From: Camelus dromedarius
Taxonomy: Eukaryota
DNA: 64,000 bases
Assembly (NCBI RefSeq): GCF_036321535.1
Contig: NC_087439.1
Coordinates: forward strand, 82,150,001-82,214,000
Reading direction: 5' to 3'
A program made the position numbers and the translations under genes. Shown piece by piece: positions 22,728 to 33,627 of the stretch (position 1 is its first letter; each line of letters starts with the position of its first letter). The notes under the pieces are model-generated. The model did no database searches, was not told the DNA's origin, and saw nothing but the letters and a program-made list of their open reading frames with translations.

Positions 22728-25074
22728 ACGGGGGCCAGAGGGGAAGGGGGTATAAGGGGACAGGGGGGCAGAGGGGTGACAGAGAGACTGGAGGAGTGGG
22801 GGTAAAAGGCCAAGGGATGGGCTGAAAGGATGTGGAGATTACTCCCACTGAGCATAACCAGATTCCTGGGGGTCTAGGAGACTGGATGATGGGGACCTGG
22901 GGACAATTGGAGACAGCTGGTAGGAGGGGGTGGTGCATGCAGCTAACTGCTGTTCCACTTCCCAGTGGCCTGGAACTCCCCTCTCCACCCTCCTCCACCC
23001 TGCCCCTCTATACCGGGTTATCACCCAACTTCATTCCTTCTGGTGGTTGAAGGCTTCCTGACATCCCCTCAGGAGGAAAGAGGGTGGGCTTTGGGCCCAT
23101 AGAGGCCAGTTATGTCTTATGTCGGGAAGTATGACCCTGTGATTTCACTGGATGGCAGGACAATTTAGGGGTAGGCACTGAGTCCTAGGCAGCAACCAGT
23201 GCTGGGGAGAGCTTGGGGGGCAGCTCCCCACTTTCTTGGCAGAGCCCCAGACTGAAGTAACCTTAAAAAAGCAATTAAATCACCTTTGAAAAAAAAAAAA
23301 CCCAGTAAAGAAAAATCAATACCAGGAGAAAGGGGAAGAGAAACACTGGGAAGGATAAGGAGGTGGGGGAGGAAGCTCTGAAAGGGTCTGGTAGTCCAGC
23401 AGGGAGGGGGGAGCATGGGAGCGGGCTGCCTGGGCAGGGGGGCAGAGAGATGGGGACTGTCTGTGGTCACTTGGAGACTCTGAGTGCTAACTCAGCAGCT
23501 GCTTTCGGTGCCAACCCCCTTCCCCTCTGGGATGCTGCCAGATGCAGCCCCTGACCCCAGAGGTCCTATCTCCTCAGCCTGGGGGAGCTGGCTTGTGGGA
23601 AGCCCAGCTAAAGGGCTGCTGAAGGAAGCTTCTTTGTTGAGAGCCTGGGGACAACCCCCGCAGGGTGCCACACAGGGCTGGGGTTGGGGGGTTGCAGCTT
23701 GTATGGGTGGCCTCCATGCTGGGGTAATCCGTGATGGATGGGGCTTGACCTGGCCTTGCAGCGAGCAGAGCAGCTCCCTGCTCCCCACGGGAGCCATCCT
23801 TGGGCCCCTTTCCCAGGCCAGGCAGGGGCTGCGACTGGCAGGGCAGGCCTGCCACAGGGGAGGGGTGGCCGCTGGGCAGCGGGTGGACCTCAGGCTCTAA
23901 TCCCCAGCAGCTGCCGTTTCCCTCAGATCGATTCCCTTCTCACTTTTTTTTTCAGCTGCTGGTTCCACGGCTCGGATCGATGGAGCCGCCTCCCCCGCCC
24001 CTCTGAGCTTCCTCTCCCTGCTGCTCATTAGCGCCCCGATTAATCAGCTCCCCCTTTCTTCTGGGGGACAAGTGCTTCCTCTCCTGTGAGGTCTCAAGCT
24101 CTCACACGGGCCCAGAGCAGAAGCTGCTCACTGTGACCAACCCTACCCTGGGGACGCCAAGGCATCATTTCCTCCCGCCAGCTGGCCACCAGGGGCCCCG
24201 TCCCTGTCCCTGTCCGTGATAACAGCCCACGTGCCTGCTTGCCCTCCGCAAGATGGCAGCCACCCCAGGGCTCCCCTGCCCCTCTCTGCCAGGCACTCCC
24301 TGCATCTGTTTCTTTAGGATTGCACCCCCTCCCATTCAAACCCAGCACATCTCTACTCCCTCCAATATCCCCATTTGGGCTTTTCAGACACCCTCCCCCC
24401 AACATCACACCTCTCTGCTCCCTGGCCTGTCTACCCAATATACGCTCCCCCCACCCCTAGCCTGGCTGTGGCAAGGGATTTGGGAAACATTTGGAAGGTA
24501 AAGTGGCCACAGATGTGCAAGTCAGCCAGTGTGCCCTCTGTCCCAGACACATGAGAGACTGAGTTTGGAGGTAGGGGTGAAGTTGGGGAGAGAGTGGCCA
24601 GAGTCCCAGAGAAGGTAGGGGTATGGTGGGTGTTAAGTCAGAAGCAAAGCTCTAGGGGAGCCAAGAATCTTAGTGGAACCACCATTGTCCTCTTGTCTGT
24701 CTTGCCTGCCCTCCTCTGCCCTCCCCTCCCCTCCCTCATTCAAACAAGTGGCTCTCCCAAGGAGTTTCTGGAAGCCGCTGTGAGTCGGGTATTGGGGTCA
24801 GTAGTGGCTGGGTGCTGGAGTCAAGAGTCAGGGAGGCCAGGAGGTGAGGGATAGAGTTGACTGACCCTTCCTGGGGCGTGGTCCAGAAAAGTGGCAAAAC
24901 GAGCTGAAGACTCTGGGTGCGACACTCCTCCCTGGGTGGCCTGGGAGTGGGGCCATGTGGGGACCCCACAAGTGTCTGGAGTGTAGCAAGAGTTTGGGGG
25001 GAAGCCCAACGAGGTCTCAGACAGGGACAGGGGATCCCTGTCCTGGGCTGGGGGCTGCCCTCTTCCCTGGCCTG

Positions 25075-25390
25075 NNNNNNNNNNNNNNNNNNNNNNNNNN
25101 NNNNNNNNNNNNNNNNNNNNNNNNNNNNNNNNNNNNNNNNNNNNNNNNNNNNNNNNNNNNNNNNNNNNNNNNNNNNNNNNNNNNNNNNNNNNNNNNNNNN
25201 NNNNNNNNNNNNNNNNNNNNNNNNNNNNNNNNNNNNNNNNNNNNNNNNNNNNNNNNNNNNNNNNNNNNNNNNNNNNNNNNNNNNNNNNNNNNNNNNNNNN
25301 NNNNNNNNNNNNNNNNNNNNNNNNNNNNNNNNNNNNNNNNNNNNNNNNNNNNNNNNNNNNNNNNNNNNNNNNNNNNNNNNNNNNNNNNNN
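25075..25390. other. Assembly gap (316 N) over the ASIC4 promoter/5' UTR
   Basis: N run. Confidence 0.99.
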
Positions 25391-25534
25391 ACCCTGTCCC
25401 CGTCCTCCTCCCATTGCCCTGAGTTTAGAAGAGCAGCCGCTGCCACTGCCGCCACTCCGGAGGGCACCGGGGGCTGCTGGCCAGGGAGGGACAGGGGCAG
25501 GGAGGCTCCGGCCAGTCCCAGCAGCCGGGGACAG

Positions 25535-26116
25535 ATGCCGATCGAGATTGTGTGCAAAATCAAATTTGCAGAGGAGGATGCGAAACCTAAGGAGAAGGAG
25601 GCAGGGGATGAGCAGAGCCTCCTGGGGGCTGCACGGGGGGCAGNNNNNNNNNNNNNNNNNNNNNNNNNNNNNNNNNNNNNNNNNNNNNNNNNNNNNNNNN
25701 NNNNNNNNNNNNNNNNNNNNNNNNNNNNNNNNNNNNNNNNNNNNNNNNNNNNNNNNNNNNNNNNNNNNNNNNNNNNNNNNNNNNNNNNNNNNNNNNNNNN
25801 NNNNNNNNNNNNNNNNNNNNNNNNNNNNNNNNNNNNNNNCCCTGCTGCCCCAGCCCCAGTGGCGGGCTTCCCAGCCGTCACCCTCTGCAATATCAACCGT
25901 TTCCGGCATTCGGCACTCAGCGACGCCGACATCTTTCACCTGGCCAACCTGACCGGGCTGCCCCCCAAAGACCGGGACGGGCACCGTGCTGCCGGCCTGC
26001 GCTACCCGGAGCCCGACATGGTAGACATCCTCAACCGCACTGGCCACCAGCTCGCCGACATGCTCAAGAGCTGCAACTTCAGTGGGCACCACTGCTCCGC
26101 CAGCAACTTCTCTGTG
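25535..26116 (+). CDS. ASIC4: ASIC4 coding exon 1 (TM1 hidden in N gap)
   Basis: [15 protein letters not shown]...CSASNFSV/gtgagt; frame preserved across the 197-nt gap. Confidence 0.92.
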
Positions 26117-27085
26117 GTGAGTCTTGCCAGCTGGCCCGCCAGGCCTGGGGAGGCCAGAGGCTGGCGGGGTGGGGGTGTGTGCAGGGCATCCTCAACAGGG
26201 CTTCCCTTCCTTCCGCCACCAGGGGCTGGCCTCGTGTCTCCCCGAAGCCTGGTGTTTCCCTCTGGCTCCCCAGCCATGGAGCAGTGGATGCTTGTTGGGG
26301 CTTACCCTGCTGCTGCCGCTCCTCTTCGTGGCCCTGCTGCTGCTGCAGTGCCCAGGTCTGGGGGCCGAGGGTCCTGGAGTGGGCCTGGGGGCCTGAAGCC
26401 GGTCAGCTTGTGGGGAAGGGATGCACCATGCCGCGACCAGACCCACTGACCCTTATTTATCTCTTGCTCCCTTTTTCTTCTGTGGCTAGATTCTTCTCCC
26501 CACCAAACAAGGGCAATGGGGGAAGGATGTCTGGGGGGCTCCAGCAAGGGAGGGACTTGGGGCTGCCTCTGGGGGAGGCTGGATAGAGCTGATCTTCGCA
26601 CACACTGGGTGCCAGTGTCTCTTGTCTGTCTCTGTCCCGCACACACCCCCTTTCACTGTCTCCCTCACACATCCCTCTTTCATGCGGCCCCTCCAGCTTC
26701 TCCCGCTTTCCAGGCCCTCCCTCCGTTTCCTGGTTCTTGCTGCTCCCTTGCCGGGCTCGGGCTCTTAAACTGAGAATCACTCATTCACTCTTCTGTGCAC
26801 GGCTCACCCTCACTGCTGCCCAGAACACACACACACACACCCACTGCGTTGAGACATAGTTTCCTGCACACTCTCTCTCACACACTCGGTATCCCTGTCA
26901 CTACACTCATGTGCACACCTGCACGCCCACGCACCCAGAGAGCTACTCATCTCTGAGCCCACATCCCTGCTCTGACTTAGCTGCCGAGGGCAGGGTCACG
27001 CTGTGAATGTTGTCCCCTCTTGTGACCCCACCCCATCTATCTCAACCACTGCTCCCCGTCTCTCACGTGTGTGAATGCACACACA

Positions 27086-27124
<39 letters not shown>

Positions 27125-30100
27125 TCTCACGGGGAGTGGAGTGTCAGCTTGGGCTGCCCTCCTGTGCACACCATCCACAATCAGGTGTGTGAGGTGTGTG
27201 TAGGGGTGTGTCTTGTACGCTGTCTGTCTGTCTGTCGGTGCTCCATTCACCCACAGTCACAGGATGTCTATTATTCCTGGTGCTTGAGATGCCGTCCCCA
27301 GTCCACAGTTCACTTCCAGCATTGTGTACGTGTGTGTGGGGTGTGTGTTTTCATTCTTGTGACCACTGCCCAGCACATATGCAAATACATGGCGTCAACA
27401 TGTGCCCATCCAGCCTAGCCTCTAGCACCACCCCGAAATGGGAGACTTTCCCTTCTCATGGCCCCCACCCAGGTTCTCACTCACTGCCTCGGTAGCACCA
27501 GGAAACATGTCCCAAGCATGTTTCTGCCCCCACCATCCCTGCAGCTTCTGGGTCCTCCTGCCGTTGGGTTGGGGGGAATTGGGTAGAAGTGGAGGGAGGG
27601 ATGGGAAGGAAGATTGTGCTGGGAGAGGAGTCAAGGGGGTACTAGTCTGTTGTCCAGCTACACACCCTGCCTTCTAGGAAAAATCACTGCTCTCAAAGCC
27701 AGGGCTGCGATTGTCCCCAAGGAGGAGTGTGTGAATGTGGCCTTTCTGGTCCGTGGGGCTCCTCTGTGCGACATCCTCACCCCTCTGGGTTGGGGGGGGG
27801 CACAGACAGAGCCCAGTCTCAGCAGGTGTTATTGGGGCAGAAATCAATGGGGGCTTTGTGTGGAGTGGGAGTTTGTGTCCCAGGCCCTGGCTGGGGGTGG
27901 AAGGGAAAGAGGAAGCCTCAGTGGGAGGGGAGGTGGGGGAGGAAGAGATGGAGGGGCAAGGAAGCAAGGTGAAGGAGGCAGGGGGTTCCTGCCTGGCATC
28001 TAGGAAAGGAGATACCTGGAGGATATGGGAACAGGGGTCCCCTGCTCAAGGCTGGCAAGTCCCTCTGAATCTGGAGTTGGCTGGGCAGGGGTGAGGGTGG
28101 CTCTCCCACAGGCCTTCTCCTACCCTGAGATTAGAGAGAAAAGGATAGAAGTTTGTGGGTCTCTGCTCTGGGGCTGCGGTGGCATGGTGAGGGGTGGTCA
28201 AGAAAAGCAAATACTGGGGGACAGGAATTCCCCTTGGACCCTACTCCCCTGTCCCCACCCAGTCTAGTCCTCCTACCATTCTGCTCAAACCCCATCCTTC
28301 TGAGTGTAACTCTCCCTTGGACCTGGCATTCTAGGGTTGAGTCTTCTGGCAGTTTACCAGAGTCTCGGATTATGGGTTGGGATGGGGGTCCATGATCCGT
28401 GGCATTGGGAAAGATAGGGTGTGTTGTGGCAGCAAGACTGAGAAGGACGTGGACACAAAGACACAGGGTCTCTGATGAGGACATGAGGTCCCTAATAGAC
28501 TCTGTGGTGAGAACACGGAAGGCGCGATGGGGATTTGGGATCTATGGTGGGGAGATGGGTACGGGGATGAGTGGTGGGAAGCTGCCAGGGCGTGGGTGGT
28601 GAGAGGGTCAGTGATAGCGACAGGCTTTGGGTCAGGGGCTCTTATGTGTTTTCTGTTGCTTTTCCTGTTTCCTCCTTCCCACTCCCCACTCTGCTATGAC
28701 CTTTCCTCTGGAATCCAAGTTAATAAATGTCACATTTTCCAGCCTATTTTTACTCTGGGTAATGCACCCTCCCCCAGTCCCCTCAGCTGCTGCTCTTGCT
28801 TCTGTTACCACTGCAATTGCTCTCACCCCCATGCTCCCTTATGTCCCCTCACTGACTCCCCATCAGTCATTCAATCAATCAACATGGAGTTCTGAGCACC
28901 TACTACGTGCCAGGCTCCCTGCCAGGTCTGTGGGGGAGAACAAAGAAGGGGAGCCCTGGTCCCCAGTCCCTGTCCTCAAGCAGCCTCCAGTCTCCTGGTG
29001 GAGCGAGGATAGAGACACTTAAAAGCTTAACCAACCATGCAAGAGTTAACCAACCATGCAGGCAGTGTCAGGAGGTGGCAGGATTAATTGCCAAACGAGG
29101 TACATGGATAGTAAGAGCCTGAGTTCAGAGAGAGAGGCCACTCTGGACTGAAGAGGGCTGGGAAGGCTTAAGGGGTGAGGCAGGCTGGGCAGGGTTTGGA
29201 GAGGAAGGGAGGGGTGGGGGGTGGGAGAGCAGAGATGGCTCCTGGGTGGTGGGGGATGCTCCCACCTCTCTGTTCCTGCTCCCCTCCACCTATCTCCCCC
29301 ATCTCTTCTCTTCCCTCTCCCCGCTCCTCACGCAGTCTCATGCCAGCCCACTCCACCTCCTCCTTTCGCCACCACCTATAATGTTCTCCTCCTTCCTCCT
29401 TGAGTCCTACCACCATCCACTCCCTCCACCCAAGTGCGCCAAGCCTCATCTGTACTTTCCCCAATGCGGCTTGCTCTCAGCCTGCCCACTTACTAGAAGG
29501 CGGAAATCACTCTTTCTCCCTAGGCTTCGTTTCTTCAGCTGTAAAATGTGGCTCTAAATCTCAGTGTCTCCTCTCAGCTGGGGACTGTACAGTGGAGCAG
29601 TCAAGTGTTTGGGTTCCAGAGCCAGACCATCTGAATTCGAACTTTGGCTGTGTGGCCTTTAAACTGTGTGATCTTTGAGAAGTCAAAAAGCTTCCATGAG
29701 CATCAGTTTCTATATTCGTTAAATAGGATACTAGAACCTAAAATAATGTGAGTGGTTGTAAGGATTAAAAGAGATGGCCGTAAAGGGCTGAGCACACTGC
29801 CTGGCACGCGTGAATTGTGCACTCTGAGCGTGTCAGCTGGTATAAATGCAGCCACCCCGGTTCCTGGCTTCCTTTCACCTGCCTGTTCCCAGCACCACCT
29901 GCTATTTTCTGACCCACGTGCTGGCATCTTCGCTACTCTCCATCACCTAGCCTTCCTCCTCTCTTGACCCTCAGGCCCCAACTCCCTCCTACCCCCTCCC
30001 CATGCTATTCAACCCTCCCCAGTATTCAGGCACGCATGCGTACATGCAGGAGTGCACACACACACACTCAAGATCCGTTCCTGTGGTGATGTTAATGTTC

Positions 30101-32361
30101 TGCAACTGTGCTGTCCAACATGGTAGTCACTAGCCACACTGGCTATTAAGCATCATCAATGTGACTAGTGTGACAGAGAGAATGAAAGATCAATTCAAAT
30201 AGCTGGGGTCAGTGGCTGCCTATTGGACAGTGCAGCTCCAGGTGGTCCTGGGAACGAGGTTCAGGCTGCCACGTTGGGCAGGGCTAGGCATTCCAACTGG
30301 CATCAAATGATATAAGGAGATGGCAGTGGTCTGTGATTGGAAGTCCGGCCATCTACTTTGTGGGCTGAGGTCCCAGGTTGAGCTGAGGAGGGGGCCAGTT
30401 TCTGGGGATATCAAGGTGTCTGGAAACACATATGAGCAGATACATCTTCTTCCCAGGTGCGGGACATGACCTTGGTCTTTTCCATCCTATTGTCTAGAAA
30501 ACTGAGGCATGGGGAAGGTGGAGAATCCTTGAAGAGGCAGGGGTAGGGCCAGCCCGTCTCCATGAGGTCATCAGGGGTCCCAGCAGCCCCTGGAGGGGTA
30601 GGTGACCAGGGACCTGTAGGTGCTTCCCTGTCTCCATCCCCTCTTGGCTCTCAGACTTTTCTCCCCCTCCCAACCCTCCCTCCCACACGCTGGTGACTGC
30701 CGTGACTATTAATCACTCACCCTGTTCTCTTCCTCTCTACTAATCAGGCACAATTAGACAAGGCCTCTTCCAGCTGGGCAGTCCCCCTCCCTGCCCTCTT
30801 CCCTCCCCTCCCAGCCCCACCCCAGCTGCCATCAGGACAGCTCAGAGGCAAAGGGAGCAGCCGGCAAGCCCTTTGTCACTCTCTGGCTCCCCTGGCCCCC
30901 AGTTCAAGGCTCCTCCGCTATCCTCTGCCTTCCATCCAAGCTTCTTCCTGAGCCAGTCCCTGCCCTGGTGTGGCCAGGCCCATAGTGACAGTCTCTGCGG
31001 CCCCTCCTTGATTTTGGGAGGGGCTACTCTACAAACATTCCAACGCTATACCTTTGCCACTGGCTCCAAGGGCCTCAGGGCTGTCCCTTGCCCCCTTGAC
31101 TCAGGAAGGGAGAAGGTTCCCACCGAGGTTGGTCTGGGCTTCTTGTCTACCAGATGAGTTTACCTCTGACCCTCACTCCCAGGCCAGCTCTCTGTGCCCT
31201 CCAGTCCCATCTTCTCCTGGGGCATGAACCTTGAAAACATTTCGTTCAACATCTAGTTCAGAGTTGGTCCTGCCTTCAGGAGCTGGGCAGGTCAGGTCGG
31301 AGAGGGCACTCAGTAGGGAAGGGTGGGGTCTGAGGAGAAGTGAAGGTCACTTATTTTTAAAGGGAGGAGCTACCTCTCAGCCCCAGCTGTTACCCTATGG
31401 TCAGGGATGCCCAGTGTTAGGGGGTCTTCCACTTTGTGCAGAGAAGCTCCAAGTCCTGATTATTTTAATTAAAAATTACCTGATTTGAAAAAACAATACT
31501 CTGAGGGCTACCTACAACTCAGACAGCGGAACCCAGTGTGCTGGCTTCCCCACCTCCTGCCCCACCACTGGCTGCTGCCCCTCAGGCTTCCTGGAGGTGG
31601 CGCTCTTAGCCTGGCTGCTTCCCATTGGCCAGTGGAGTTGGTGGAGGGGGATTTGAGTGATGTATCCCAGCAGCCAAGGGCAGGCACTGTTATTGTTGCA
31701 GAGGGCTGGCCTGCAAGGGCAATGGGGAGGGCCAGGAGGAACATGCCCCACCCGGCCCCACTCAGCAGTCCTGTGGCCTCTTCATTAATCAGGAATCAAC
31801 ACCGAGCTGGGCTCATTATCAGCTCAGCTTCTCGTGGCACTGCCGGAAGATGCTGATTAGCATTTGAAGAAATGGCCCTCACATTTCCCTCCCGTCCTCC
31901 CTCTTTCTCCCCTGCCCATTCTCCTTCCTGGACCCCCACCCCTGCCCTTCTGCTTCCCAGGAGGAACCTGCTCCCTCTTGTGGCTGGCGGCATGGCTGCC
32001 TCTGCCGGGCCCAGGCGAGGGGCAGAAAGCATCTGGAATGGGGGGTGGGGAGGCAGGAGGAGCACCCCTGGGAGCATCAGCAGTGCAGAGCCTCAGGGCT
32101 ACTCAGGTTGAGGCCCCGAGTCAGTGGGTCCCACTGGGCAGAGGAGAGGGAGTGAATGTGAGGTGGAGTCTGAGTGTGGTCAGAGAGATGGACAGTCTCC
32201 CTGGAGGAGGGGATGAGAGGGCAGCCCCAGGACAGTGAGTTATCAGTGTTTCCCTGCCCTTCCAGGCTCTACTAGCAATGCCACCTCCTTGGAGCAGCTG
32301 GGAAGAAGGGGTGGGGACACCCAGAACGGAACCATGGACAGGAGGGACAGGAGGCCTGAGG

Positions 32362-32422
<61 letters not shown>

Positions 32423-33571
32423 GTAAATCATGGTGGAGGTTTAGGGTCTTGGAACCATCCCAGATGAATGGGGGTGGGAAGGCAGAAAGACAGAGACCCT
32501 GGAGGTGGAGATAAGAGGGTTCACAGTGCTGTGTGTTTTCCAGAAGAGGGAGGGGGTGTCTGCAATTCTTCCCAGGTCCCCAGGCTGGGGATGGCAGCGC
32601 TGAAAATCCAACCCACGCCCCTAAACGTTCACCATACCCTTGGGACACCAGTTTTGGGTTGGATGGGGGAGCAGTTCCAGAGATACAGGCATAGGCTGCA
32701 GCAGCCGAGGCNNNNNNNNNNNNNNNNNNNNNNNNNNNNNNNNNNNNNNNNNNNNNNNNNNNNNNNNNNNNNNNNNNNNNNNNNNNNNNNNNNNNNNNNN
32801 NNNNNNNNNNNNNNNNNNNNNNNNNNNNNNNNNNNNNNNNNNNNNNNNNNNNNNNNNNNNNNNNNNNNNNNNNNNNNNNNNNNNNNNNNNNNNNNNNNNC
32901 GGGCCAGGGAAGCGGGGATGGGGGGCTGGTCAGGCCCCTGGGGGACTGGGGACCCTTGGGCCACTGCGCAGTAGGGTTGGATCCTCTCCAGTGGGGGTGC
33001 TAGAGGGAGCAAACGGGGTGTTGGGGAGCCCTGGGTTCCAAGCAGGGATCCCATCTCTGGGGCGCAGCTTCACCGGCCAGTGCTGACCTCCACGTTCCAC
33101 ACCCGCCCTGCTGAGGATCTGAAGCCGCGGGTTCAAATCCCATTGGAATCGCTCTGCGCCCCTCGGCACCCTCGGCCTTTCCCTCTGCAGCCATCTGCTG
33201 GGGGCCCCAGTCCCGCCGTCCCGGCTCGCGCCCCCTCGCCCTTCCCCGGCCGCGGAGGGCGGCTAGAGGCGGTGTCTCCCTCCGCGGTGGAAGCCTCTGG
33301 CGCGGCGGTGTGCGGAGGTCACTTTGCCGAGGAGCCGGGAGCCGGGGGAATGCAAATGAGGCAAACCCAGGGAGGAGAGCGGAGGAGCCCGGAGGAGACG
33401 GGAGGGAGGGCGCCCGGGCGCCGTGATGGATGCCTGCCCCGCGGGAGGGAGGAGGGGGCGCGGCGAAGAGCGGGAGGCGGTGGGTGCGGCCCTTCTGGGT
33501 GCGGGTGGGCCCGGCCTGCATGCTCGGGTGTACGCGCGGGGTTGGGGGTCACTGGCACACTCACTCACCCA

Positions 33572-33627
<56 letters not shown>

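Noticed and set aside
24736-26092. Long ORFs spanning X runs (also near 22.5, 32.7 and 41.7 kb)
   Set aside because: Artefacts of N gaps, which hide stop codons.
26124-26396. ORF with a signal-peptide-like [18 protein letters not shown] stretch
   Set aside because: No ATG start in that frame; hydrophobicity comes from CTG-rich low complexity.
29027-29060. 15-bp direct repeat TTAACCAACCATGCA with a 4-nt spacer
   Set aside because: A local slippage duplication inside a decayed L2; only two copies.
32121-32648. Poly-HT and poly-CV ORFs (also near 27.0, 42.0 and 44.5 kb)
   Set aside because: Translations of CA/TG microsatellites.
33105-33150. tRNA-like text with B-box GGTTCAAATCC
   Set aside because: No A box, acceptor stem or cloverleaf could be built; more likely a MIR remnant or chance.
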